Shown: positions 46,921-56,294 of the stretch, in pieces
Numbering within the stretch: the first letter of the stretch is position 1
Layout of the letters: each line of letters begins with the position of its first letter
IMG/VR virus record: IMGVR_UViG_3300025131_000006
Length of the DNA: 64,000 nucleotides
Reading direction: 5' to 3' (one strand)
From: a virus
Translations under genes and position numbers: made by a program
Notes under the pieces: generated by a model
The model's database searches: none
Told to the model about the DNA's origin: nothing
What the model saw: only the letters and a program-made list of their open reading frames with translations

Positions 46921-49900
46921 ATGGCCGCCCAGGACAAAACAGATGTGACGGGAGTGATCTTCATTGAATTCCGGGGCGACAAGGCAACGGTCAAGAAGAT
47001 GGAAGGTCATCTCCCACCGGGTACACAGCAGCATGTACAAGAACTGATGGGGTGGTTGGGAAGCCAAAGGTCTGACTCGGAGCCACGCGGGAACGTAACG
47101 GATGATCCGGGAGATGGTCGATCTTCTAATGAATTGGGAGAGACGGAGGCGCCTACGCAAATCATCTCTCAACCGGATGCACAGTCGCGTCCAGGCGTCC
47201 TTCACGAGGACGCAGGTGGTGCCTCAAATCCCCCGACTCCTACGGTTCGCAACTTCCCCCCGCACATGCACGGACATCCAGGGGCATCCGATACAGATTC
47301 GTCTTTGACGAGTGGTCCTCATGCCGGGTACATGAAGATGGATCAAGGCGGCCACGTCGATCCGGACGCTGGTTTGGAGCATCCAATCTCTGAGGATTTG
47401 GACTTAGAGGGAGATGACAGCGGCGTGGGAGATCCGGAGAACGAGGGAGAACTCTCTGATGTTCCTGTGGGCGGAGAAGATGGTCGCATTCATCCAGAGC
47501 ATCGAACAGACCCGGAGGAAGATCCAACGTCTCACGTTGATCCTCAACTCCAGGCTGCACTAGAGGAGTTGGATGAAAAAGCTCGTGCATTGAAAGAGGA
47601 AGCTCACGAGGCAGCCAGTCGTCATGACCACGAGAGAATTCACGAAATCCACGAAGAGTATCGCAAGCTGAAAGCAGAATTCATGGAGTTGGCGAAGCAG
47701 TCGGGTGAGGAGGAAGATCCCGACGAGCGTGTTCGACCGGAGCATTTTGGAGAGGGGGAGCCTCCGGGCGGCATGCCTCCAGAGGAAGAGCCACCGGAGA
47801 ATGAAGAGTTGGGAAAGCCGTCGGCGGGGCTGCCAAGAAACAGCATCCCCGCCAGAAGCGTCGAAAAAAGCGGAAACGAAAGAAGCACAAAAAGTGACCT
47901 GGACGGGTGGCGTTGGTGGCTCCTCGATGTAGAGAAGTCTGCTCGGTTCGGGAGCACTCCGGTTCGTCATTCAGCGAAGCACCACTCTGATCACAGTGGG
48001 GGTCCGAGAGCAGGACACAAGTACATCCGCCGATGGTATGATCTGAAGAGTCACCGTTGGCGCTATGAGTACACTGACGAGAAGGAAGAGCGGCATGGAG
48101 CGGGGAAGGAGGCGATCCATGCGGCGGCTCATGGTATTCCTCATACGATTGAGAGTCATCCGGGGATAGCCTCCGGCGAGGTGACGACACCGCTGCGCAA
48201 GAAAAAGAAGATTAAAGACGCGGCTCATGCATACCGGGTAACCATTCAGGCTTGGAATGATGGCATTTGGGGTTTAAAGAAAGATCCGTCGCGCGTGACA
48301 TGGGTGGATACAGACCAACACGGACACCATCATGTGATGCGACAGCATCACAATAAAACGTATGAAGTCATGCATCATCCGGCAGGATCTCAGGCTCCAG
48401 AGGACTCTCACGCCATGGAGATGGGAGACAACCATCGACAGACATTGCGTGGGTACGTGGAACATCATCATCTCCACGCTGACGAGAAGGTGGAGTCGCA
48501 AAGAGATTCGGATGGGAAGCCGTGGCTGTCTTTGCGTCCGGACACGAGAAAGCGTGCTGGAAAAAGTGCGGACGGTTGGACTATTCACGAATCCAAGAGG
48601 AATGCGAAAGATTTCCATGGCGGGGGATGGGACGGCGTATTCTTGCAGTCGAGAGAGCAGGCGGACAGGGTTGTCGCGTTCATGGTTGCCTTCGAGGAAG
48701 CTCATAACAAAGGAGAATCGGGTCCGGTCTTTCAAGATCTGGGGAAGGATGACTCTGAACATGGGCCAATGACCTTGCCAGGGAAGTTGGAACGTGGGGC
48801 ACTTCACTATGAGGCTGAGTTTGGAACGGACACGATTCGAGTCAGTGGATCTCACGGCGGAGACGTGGTCTCGGCCAAGGTTTTGCGCTTGCGTCCCAAA
48901 GTGTCAGACGAAGAGTTGGGCGCTTACTTGGATAGCGAAGAGTTCAAGAGCATCGTGGGGGCCGCTATCGGTCGCGCGGGGTTGGCGAATGTTGTGCGAC
49001 ACAACGGCTCCAAACTGACGCCTCATCAGCGAAAGCACTTGGAGTCTGTGGCACGCAGTAAGGCAATAGAGCTGATGTCCATGGAGTATGTGGAGCGGAA
49101 GTCGGCGGTGTGGCCGCGTGGATTCGTGCCAGGCTCCGGATGGTGGAATGGGTATTTGGCGAATCATTTGGCGAATACCGGGAATGGTGGCGGTGCTTTC
49201 TTGGAGGAGTTGACCTCGACGGCAACCACCAAAGACGTAGATGGCGTCGCACAGGCTCCGTCGGGCTCTGCCGATGCCGCATTGGCATCAGAGTTTCACG
49301 GGATGGACGATGTCCTTGACACGTTGCGTGATATTCACGGCATCCAAGATAACGAGACCCTGATCGATAAATTGATGTCTGACTTTGGGGAAGCCTTTGA
49401 CTCCAAACAAGAAATGATGGATTTCTTGAAGGAGCAACTTTTGGCGAAGAAAGCAATGAGTCAGTTGGGTCGCTTGTCCGAGTTGGTCAAGTCTCTGGAG
49501 GAGGCCGCGAGCCAAGGGGTTATCGAGAGAGATGATCTGGAAGATGACTCGGTCTATCAGAAGGCGGTGTCGTTCTTGGTGCGTGCACAGCACGCACGCA
49601 TCCTGTCTCGTGTGGTTGATAACGTGGCCCAAGATCTGTGGGAGCACGACTTCCTGTCGAGCGTCGCGAAGTCGGTGGCGACTCATGATCGAGATGTGTT
49701 GTTGGATCGCGTCGCCGAGCACGGGAGGGTTTACGCTCAAGAGTTCGGGTGCTCTGATGGGGAGGCTCGCGAGCACATGCTGTCATCGTTCTCCCGCTTC
49801 CGCAGTAACCATCTATTTAAAGGGTGTTGTCAGATGGTGATGGCGGCAGAGTGGGGCGGCGAGGAATCAATTGCCTTGGTGGCATTGGGTCGAGATTCGA

Positions 49901-49953
49901 TCACAAGGGGTCTGTTGGAGCTAGGAAGTTCAGCCACTGAACCTTCGGCTTGA
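46921..49953 (+). CDS. Large putative head-internal protein (acidic N-terminus, His-rich core)
   Basis: 1010 aa; several VEKS/LVKS/VAKS sites; HKYIRR...WRYEY motif; upstream of the protease. Confidence 0.65.
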   Translation: MAAQDKTDVTGVIFIEFRGDKATVKKMEGHLPPGTQQHVQELMGWLGSQRSDSEPRGNVTDDPGDGRSSNELGETEAPTQIISQPDAQSRPGVLHEDAGGASNPPTPTVRNFPPHMHGHPGASDTDSSLTSGPHAGYMKMDQGGHVDPDAGLEHPISEDLDLEGDDSGVGDPENEGELSDVPVGGEDGRIHPEHRTDPEEDPTSHVDPQLQAALEELDEKARALKEEAHEAASRHDHERIHEIHEEYRKLKAEFMELAKQSGEEEDPDERVRPEHFGEGEPPGGMPPEEEPPENEELGKPSAGLPRNSIPARSVEKSGNERSTKSDLDGWRWWLLDVEKSARFGSTPVRHSAKHHSDHSGGPRAGHKYIRRWYDLKSHRWRYEYTDEKEERHGAGKEAIHAAAHGIPHTIESHPGIASGEVTTPLRKKKKIKDAAHAYRVTIQAWNDGIWGLKKDPSRVTWVDTDQHGHHHVMRQHHNKTYEVMHHPAGSQAPEDSHAMEMGDNHRQTLRGYVEHHHLHADEKVESQRDSDGKPWLSLRPDTRKRAGKSADGWTIHESKRNAKDFHGGGWDGVFLQSREQADRVVAFMVAFEEAHNKGESGPVFQDLGKDDSEHGPMTLPGKLERGALHYEAEFGTDTIRVSGSHGGDVVSAKVLRLRPKVSDEELGAYLDSEEFKSIVGAAIGRAGLANVVRHNGSKLTPHQRKHLESVARSKAIELMSMEYVERKSAVWPRGFVPGSGWWNGYLANHLANTGNGGGAFLEELTSTATTKDVDGVAQAPSGSADAALASEFHGMDDVLDTLRDIHGIQDNETLIDKLMSDFGEAFDSKQEMMDFLKEQLLAKKAMSQLGRLSELVKSLEEAASQGVIERDDLEDDSVYQKAVSFLVRAQHARILSRVVDNVAQDLWEHDFLSSVAKSVATHDRDVLLDRVAEHGRVYAQEFGCSDGEAREHMLSSFSRFRSNHLFKGCCQMVMAAEWGGEESIALVALGRDSITRGLLELGSSATEPSA
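49928..49942. repeat. Dispersed palindrome copy 16 (GTTCAGCCACTGAAC)
   Basis: In the last codons (SSATE) of 46921..49953. Confidence 0.85.
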
Positions 49954-50315
49954 GGTGCGTTGTGTTTCAAGATATAAAGTGCCAAAGTCGCCAATGTCGT
50001 AATAAAATTTTGCGCTTAAGTGGAGATGGTCATCTCCGTTTCAGTATAAAGGCTTTGATCGCAAAAGGGGAGAACGCGCAGTTGACAGCGGTTTGTAGGG
50101 ATTGCGGGGAGGAAAATGTTCTTCCGTATGCGTTATCTCCTGTTGCCCCCGTGAGTTCAGACGACAAAGAGACGGTCCAGAAGTCGAAGCCGAGGCGTGT
50201 CGCGTGCGAGGTGACCAAGGGGGGGTCGTCTGATCAAGGAGGGTTCTTGGTCATTCGAAAGTCGGTCACGAAGCCTGTTCCTTTTGTGCCTCCTGAAGAG
50301 AAAGGGGTTGACTAA
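49950..50315 (+). CDS. Zinc-ribbon hypothetical protein
   Basis: CQSRQC...CRDC. Confidence 0.6.
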   Translation: MRCVVFQDIKCQSRQCRNKILRLSGDGHLRFSIKALIAKGENAQLTAVCRDCGEENVLPYALSPVAPVSSDDKETVQKSKPRRVACEVTKGGSSDQGGFLVIRKSVTKPVPFVPPEEKGVD

Positions 50316-50427
50316 ACAAGTCTAGATGCCTTATAGCTAAGTATAGCCAATTTGGGATGGCGCCGAACAAGACCGCTTGAACGGTTGGCACAACCCAGTA
50401 CACAACTGAATGAAATTGTTTACTCCT

Positions 50428-50461
50428 ACGGGGAGGCCGCCCAGCCTCCCCGTTTTTTTTT
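50428..50461 (+). terminator. Intrinsic terminator/attenuator immediately upstream of the prohead protease
   Basis: ACGGGGAGGC/GCCTCCCCGT stem + T9. Confidence 0.7.
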
Positions 50462-50481
50462 GCCCAACAGGTGTCGAGTCA

Positions 50482-51405
50482 ATGAGAATTCTGAATCCAT
50501 GGTCGCTACTGAGCAAAGCTGTCCCAGACAGCCGCGTTCGCGACTTTCGGTTTGGAATGGACTTGGAGACGATCAAGTCTCAGTCCCAACAAGGACGCCG
50601 GGGTGTTCGAGGAGTGGGGTCTACGGAGAAGTTGGACATACAAAAAGAGTCCGTGCTTCAGCGCGGCATGGACTTGCGGTATTTTCTTCGACACGGATAT
50701 TATAACGACGACCACAAGCCAGGCGCTGCCAATAAGGTTGGGCAGCCGACCGTTGCCGAGATTCGCAAAGCAAAGAATCGAGACGGCAAGGAAGTTTTGG
50801 CGTTGTGGACCGAGGGGTATTTGTGGAAAGCGGGCCTGCACGAGGGCGCCGATCGTTTGTGGGAGTTGACTAGAGCAATGGAGGAGAGCCAAGCAACGCG
50901 CCGTATGGGCTTTTCAATCCAGGGAAAGGTGCTAGAGCGATCGGGGAACAAGATCGTTCGAGCTTGGGTCCAAGATATTGCGATCACTCCCAGCCCTATT
51001 AACACAGACACATGGTTGGAGTTGACAGACGAACTCTCCAAGTCTGTGTGGGTTTCAGACTCTGAGTTGTTGGACATTCATCAATCATTGACGGCTCATG
51101 GATTTATGGATTCTGAGCTTGTCGATTCCGAAGATTGGATTGAGGTAGACGATGTGGTGAAGAGCCTGTCTGCCGCAAGTGCAGTCTCTGCCGGTTTAGG
51201 TACGGAGTCATTGGAGTCCAATTTGAAAGTCTTGCCAGAGCACGGCTCTGGTGTTGAGAAGTGTGAGGGGAGCAGAGATCCCTCGAAATCCGAGATGCTT
51301 AAGGCTTTGGCTTGGGTGTACGAAGAGGCACGAAATCGAGGACACAGTCCCGCGATGTCTCGGAGTATGGCTTTGGCCACATGGGCTCGCATCTCATTGT
51401 CTTAG
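50482..51405 (+). CDS. Prohead (capsid maturation) protease
   Basis: GVGSTEKLDIQKESV, GYYNDDH, GFSIQG, IAITPSPIN; position before scaffold and capsid. Confidence 0.85.
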   Translation: MRILNPWSLLSKAVPDSRVRDFRFGMDLETIKSQSQQGRRGVRGVGSTEKLDIQKESVLQRGMDLRYFLRHGYYNDDHKPGAANKVGQPTVAEIRKAKNRDGKEVLALWTEGYLWKAGLHEGADRLWELTRAMEESQATRRMGFSIQGKVLERSGNKIVRAWVQDIAITPSPINTDTWLELTDELSKSVWVSDSELLDIHQSLTAHGFMDSELVDSEDWIEVDDVVKSLSAASAVSAGLGTESLESNLKVLPEHGSGVEKCEGSRDPSKSEMLKALAWVYEEARNRGHSPAMSRSMALATWARISLS

Positions 51406-51450
51406 TCGTGTCAATGAGTCACGACGCAGTTTGAACCAGGAGTATGGACG

Positions 51451-52749
51451 ATGCAATTGACGAAAGCGGAAGTCCGAGATCATCTCGACGAAATCGAGAC
51501 GATTTTGAGTAAGGCTCAGATCGTGGGCGGCAGCGGCTCTCGCGAGAGTGTCGATCGCAAGGGATGGGCAGGTTCTTCGTGGGAGGGGGAGGAAGCTCCT
51601 CAGTCTACGCCGAACGGAACCGACTACGTGCCCAAACGTAAACCCAAACGCCGTGTGGTGAAAAGCTCTTTGCGTGAGGTCAGCGTCGATGCGTTGGAGC
51701 GCGAGTTGGAGTTCCGCAAGAGCGGTATCCCCAACCCGGTTGCCGCCGAAGCTGAGATCATGCAAACCGTTCCGGGTGTGGAGAAGGGCATCTGCCCCGA
51801 TTGCGAAGGCAACTCCATGCAAAAAGGAACGTGGTGTGGTCAGTGCCGCAACTTCGGATTTGTTTTCCTCGTGGACGAGGCCAATGAGGCGGAAGCCAAT
51901 TCCATGATCAAATCGATCCAAGCGAAGTATCGCGTCGATGAGATCACGGAAGCGTTCTACAAATCGCAGCGTGCCAAGCACGGCGAGAACGTTGTCGATG
52001 CCGACGAAGACGCCACGACGACTCCTCCTCAAAATCGCGGTGCCCCGGTTTTCTGCGAAGAGGACCGCAAGGGCAAGAAGGCTCGGAAGAGCCAACAACT
52101 CCGAGGCGAGTTGGCTAAGGCCGCCGAAGAGTTGGAAGGTCTCCCCGACCTGGAAGAGGATGAGCGAGACGAAGAACGAGACGAAGAGCGAGACGAGAAA
52201 GATGAAGAGGGCCTGGACGCTCTCCTTATGGGCAAGTCGCTCACCGCTCTCCGACGCTCTCAGCAAGTCGTTCTGAAGTCCCTGGCCGCGCTCCTCGAAC
52301 AACAAGGTGCTCTCCTGACGACGCAATCCCTGCAAGCGGGGATGATCGCTGACCAAGGAACTGCCTTGGTCGAGTTGGGCGAAGACCTGGATCTCGTGAT
52401 GCACAAGAGTGAGTCGGTGGCCAAGAGTCTGGAGGCTGCTACAGCACCCTCCAACCAAGACACCAACGATCGCGCTCCCTCGCGAGGTCGTCGCTCCCAA
52501 AGCCAACAAGTCCAAGTGATCCAGAAGGGTTTCGTGGACCAGGCTCCTGCGAACGACAGCACACAACGATACGATTTCGGAGACATCCAAAAGGCTGCCG
52601 CCGAGATGACGATCCTGAAAGGAGCGAACGACCAACCTCTGTTGGCCCGCCGCACCGCGATTGCGATTAACTCCGGCTATCTGCCGGAAGACGCCGTGCT
52701 CGCCAAGATCGAAACATGGCTGGACGCAAACGGCGTCCCGCAGTCGTAA
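51451..52749 (+). CDS. Putative scaffolding/core protein
   Basis: Between protease and capsid; acidic, helical; about 15 hydrophobic-x-K-(S/A/G) sites. Confidence 0.7.
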   Translation: MQLTKAEVRDHLDEIETILSKAQIVGGSGSRESVDRKGWAGSSWEGEEAPQSTPNGTDYVPKRKPKRRVVKSSLREVSVDALERELEFRKSGIPNPVAAEAEIMQTVPGVEKGICPDCEGNSMQKGTWCGQCRNFGFVFLVDEANEAEANSMIKSIQAKYRVDEITEAFYKSQRAKHGENVVDADEDATTTPPQNRGAPVFCEEDRKGKKARKSQQLRGELAKAAEELEGLPDLEEDERDEERDEERDEKDEEGLDALLMGKSLTALRRSQQVVLKSLAALLEQQGALLTTQSLQAGMIADQGTALVELGEDLDLVMHKSESVAKSLEAATAPSNQDTNDRAPSRGRRSQSQQVQVIQKGFVDQAPANDSTQRYDFGDIQKAAAEMTILKGANDQPLLARRTAIAINSGYLPEDAVLAKIETWLDANGVPQS

Positions 52750-52855
52750 TTTCACAGTAATTCACATACTGGGAGGATAGTTCCTCCCAGTTCCCCTCTG
52801 GGAATCGCCTCTTGGGGGTATCCCCAGAAACATAGGTCACATAGGAGAGTTACCC

Positions 52856-54337
52856 ATGAGCATGGTCGGCCTGCGGCATTATGAAGGTCTGGGGATTGAC
52901 GGCTTTGGCTTGGGTTCCATTCAAAAGGTTCAGCAACTGAACAAGGCGTTGGAGGCTGGTTATGAAACCAACCCCGCGCTGATGTCCGGTGGCGCCGCCC
53001 ACAAGGTGGAATCTTTGGAAGGAAACCTCAAGATCCTCACACACACCGATCGCCATTTGGTCTTTTGGAGAGACATCTTTAAGAGCCCGGCATACTCCAC
53101 CTCGGAAGAGTACGGAGTGCAAGAGTCCTACGGTGATAACGGCTACGGCGCCTTCTACAAGGAAGGCGAATTGCCCTTGGAAAATGACAGCGTCTACCGT
53201 CGGAAGACGGCGCTCGTCAAGTACATGGGCACCGTCCGTAAAATTTCACACCCTGCGACTCTGATCCACCCGGCCTTTGGCGACTTGATCGCCAAAGAGA
53301 ACGAGAGTGGCATCATGTGGCTGTTGCGCCAAGTGGAGGAGTATCTCTTCCGTGGCAACAGTCGCCTCGTCTTCCAAGGCGAAGGCGAGCAGTTCGATGG
53401 ACTGCGCCACCTGATCGATCCCACGATGGTGCTGGATCTGGAAGGCAACGCCCTCCAAGAGGCGGACTTCGAGGAGTCCTCCAACCTGTTGGCATCGGCA
53501 GGTTTCGCGTATCCTACGGATGCGTACCTCGGATACTACCCCCTGAGCGATCTCGTGAAGACGATGTATCCCCGTCATCGCGTCTCCCTCCCTGCTCCTA
53601 CCGATGGTCGTATCGGCCAAGCGGTCAACGAAATCACCACCCAAGCTGGTATCATCAATCTGAAAGCCACGCGCTTTCTGGAGCGACCCGATACGGCTCC
53701 CACGGTGGCGAGTGGTCCTGCGACTCACGTCCCGACTCCTCCCAAGCGCATGTTGGCCCCGACGATCGGTGCCACGGCGACGACCGGCGAGTTCGACAAG
53801 AGCCAAGGCAAGTTGGACGCCAAGTACGCATACGTGGCTTCCTTCGCGAACCGCTTCGGTGAGTCCGCTGCGACGGCTCCGGTTGTCAGCCCCACGATGG
53901 TGGGTGCCGATGCGATCAAGGGGCGCGACATCGTGCTCCAGGTCGAAGGTGCCGATAACACCCAGATCCCCCCCGAATATATCCGTATCTATCGGACGGC
54001 GGCTCTGGATGTCAACGACGCGACTCCGACGGACATGGCAGCGTACTCGCTGGTCATGGAGATCCCGGTCGAGTCTCAGTCGAACAACGGCATCACCCCG
54101 CAAGTGGCTGGCACGCTGACCGACAAAAACATCACGATGCCCTTCATGGAAGAACTGTACCTCGGCGAGATGACTCCCGAAGTCCTGACCTTCCGCCAAC
54201 TGGCCCCGCTGATGAAGATGGAACTCGCGGTCAACGGCCCCGCCTACACCTGGATGATCATGCTGTACGGCGTGCCCATCTTGTACGGACCCAAAAAGTG
54301 GATGCGCATCACGAACATCGGTCGTCTCGGTCTCTAG
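52856..54337 (+). CDS. Major capsid protein (SPO1/Twort-like)
   Basis: LNKALEAGY...KVESLE.NLKILT, VKYMG, FDGL, LAPLMKMELA...LYG...PKKW. Confidence 0.88.
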   Translation: MSMVGLRHYEGLGIDGFGLGSIQKVQQLNKALEAGYETNPALMSGGAAHKVESLEGNLKILTHTDRHLVFWRDIFKSPAYSTSEEYGVQESYGDNGYGAFYKEGELPLENDSVYRRKTALVKYMGTVRKISHPATLIHPAFGDLIAKENESGIMWLLRQVEEYLFRGNSRLVFQGEGEQFDGLRHLIDPTMVLDLEGNALQEADFEESSNLLASAGFAYPTDAYLGYYPLSDLVKTMYPRHRVSLPAPTDGRIGQAVNEITTQAGIINLKATRFLERPDTAPTVASGPATHVPTPPKRMLAPTIGATATTGEFDKSQGKLDAKYAYVASFANRFGESAATAPVVSPTMVGADAIKGRDIVLQVEGADNTQIPPEYIRIYRTAALDVNDATPTDMAAYSLVMEIPVESQSNNGITPQVAGTLTDKNITMPFMEELYLGEMTPEVLTFRQLAPLMKMELAVNGPAYTWMIMLYGVPILYGPKKWMRITNIGRLGL

Positions 54338-54389
54338 AAAGACCTGCGGCGCCTGTTCCGATGAGAGTTCGCGGCGTTGGGGTGGTCTT

Positions 54390-54404
54390 GTTCAGTAACT
54401 GAAC
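54390..54404. repeat. Dispersed palindrome copy 17 (GTTCAGTAACTGAAC)
   Basis: Intergenic after capsid gene. Confidence 0.9.
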
Positions 54405-54531
54405 TTTTTTAGCCTGACCGGGCCACCCTTTGCATTCGGGGCAACCCGCACAGTGCCGCGTCCAGAAGGCGCGGCTTTTGTGTATGGGGTCCGTGATTTT
54501 GAATTTCAAAAGAAAACAGGAGGCATGAAAA

Positions 54532-55134
54532 ATGCCCAGACCACGAAATGTCCAGGGTGCGGCCAAGAAGGTTCGGTTGATCGACGACTTGGGAAGCGCC
54601 GTTGTCCACGAGGTGGTGGAGCAGTTGAACCAGAGCGAGATCTCTGTTTCGATCACACTGAGCGCTCCCCAAGGCCAGGTCTCTCGCGGTGTGTTGGGGC
54701 GTTGGCGCCACGACGCATTCGTGAAGGACATCTCTGTCACGAACGCACAGACCGACGACTTCAGCGGTGCCGCGACGGAGATCGCTCTCCGGCATGTCGC
54801 GCCGACCGACGCCGACTTGGCGGGTGCTCCCGCGAATGCGACCACGCTTTTGGCGTTGTCGGGCTTCAACGGGAATGTCTTCGCAGGCCCCAATTCCCTT
54901 TGGGAGGAGGAGTTTGTCGCGGGCACGAACGTCACGGCGCGAACGGGCGGTTCTTCCAAGAAGGTCAAGGCGGGCGATCTGCTCTATGCTGAGTTCTCCA
55001 ATGGAGAGCTTGGACCTCGCGTTGTCGAGGTCACCTTGACGTTGGCTCTCATCGATGAGTTGGCTTTGCAGCCCAATGGAATGGGGAACAAGTGGCACCA
55101 GCGCGTACGTGGCCTTGGCCGCTCCAACCGCTAG
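54532..55134 (+). CDS. Putative capsid decoration/virion protein
   Basis: Beta-rich; follows capsid gene; AGGAGG RBS. Confidence 0.55.
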   Translation: MPRPRNVQGAAKKVRLIDDLGSAVVHEVVEQLNQSEISVSITLSAPQGQVSRGVLGRWRHDAFVKDISVTNAQTDDFSGAATEIALRHVAPTDADLAGAPANATTLLALSGFNGNVFAGPNSLWEEEFVAGTNVTARTGGSSKKVKAGDLLYAEFSNGELGPRVVEVTLTLALIDELALQPNGMGNKWHQRVRGLGRSNR

Positions 55135-55198
55135 GTTCTTGCTCTCTACCTTTCACTAGACAGATAATCGGCCCACGCGGGTCAAGGAGATTGGGATA

Positions 55199-56104
55199 AT
55201 GGTTGGTTTCCCTTACCCCGGAGTGGGGCAGGAAGCGATTTCGGCGCTGGATACGCGACTGGAGGCGGCTCGCCTGGCTCCGATCGCGGACATTGCTGGA
55301 ACATACAACGCGACAGCAAAAACGATCACGGCGGCCGGGAACGGAGCCCTTGCTGCTCAAGACGGCGTCGCGGTTGTGAAAGATGACCGATTGGCTCTGA
55401 TGAACCAAGCGACGGCGACGTTGAACGGTGTTTGGGTGGCGACGGACTTGGGTTCGGCGACGTCCAAATATGTTCTCACTCGTGCGGCGGACTTCGACAC
55501 GACTGCTGAGATCGTGAACGGTCTTCAGATCGAGGTCGAGGAAGGCACCGTCAATGGCGGGAAGATCTTCGAGGTCACGGCAGCGACGATCATCCTGGAC
55601 ACCGACGACCCACTCTTTGTTGAGGTCATGCCGAAGTCCAGCCTTGCTACGTTGGTTGACTCGTCGGTCTATGCAGCAACGTCGGATGGCGCGTTTGATA
55701 CGACGCTGACGATCCCTGGGAATGTTTTGTCCCAAGGTTCATATGTGAAGTGTCGCGCTGTGGTTCGTCGGACGATCGAAGACCAACTGGCTCACACCAT
55801 GACTTTGAAGGGTCTGGTTGGACAGAGCGAGTGTGTTGTGTCTGCGCCCATCTCGGTTCCGAATCTGGAGACGGTTGTTCTGGAGTTCTGGTTGCTCGTT
55901 CGCGGCGCAATTGGTGCGACGGCGGCTGTCGTCGGCGGTGGAACGGTCAACGCGGCTTTTGCTGGACTGACATTGGCTGTCACATTGCCCTCGGGCCAGA
56001 CTGCTGACACCACGGGTCCGCTGACGATCGGCGTCAACTGCCAATGGAGTGACGCTGCGAACGGCGCCACTCTGGAGTTGCTGATCGCCGAGATCATCAA
56101 GTAG
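55199..56104 (+). CDS. Virion fibre-like structural protein
   Basis: DRLALMNQATATLNGVW...LTRAADFD...VEEGT motif typical of phage fibre N-terminal domains. Confidence 0.65.
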   Translation: MVGFPYPGVGQEAISALDTRLEAARLAPIADIAGTYNATAKTITAAGNGALAAQDGVAVVKDDRLALMNQATATLNGVWVATDLGSATSKYVLTRAADFDTTAEIVNGLQIEVEEGTVNGGKIFEVTAATIILDTDDPLFVEVMPKSSLATLVDSSVYAATSDGAFDTTLTIPGNVLSQGSYVKCRAVVRRTIEDQLAHTMTLKGLVGQSECVVSAPISVPNLETVVLEFWLLVRGAIGATAAVVGGGTVNAAFAGLTLAVTLPSGQTADTTGPLTIGVNCQWSDAANGATLELLIAEIIK

Positions 56105-56252
56105 GTCCGCTCATACAACGGCTAGAAGGGTTCGCCCTTCCCCGACTCTTCGTCAGCTTGCCTGTATTGGCTCGCCACTGGACCCCCAGGCGAAGGGTGC
56201 AAGGCCCCGATCAGTACTGCCCGTCTGATTCGGGGTTTTGCGTATATGGAGT

Positions 56253-56267
56253 GTTCAGTGACTAAAC
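56253..56267. repeat. Dispersed palindrome copy 18 (GTTCAGTGACTAAAC)
   Basis: Intergenic. Confidence 0.9.
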
Positions 56268-56294
56268 AAGTGCGTGTGCGGTGCGGAGGCAATC

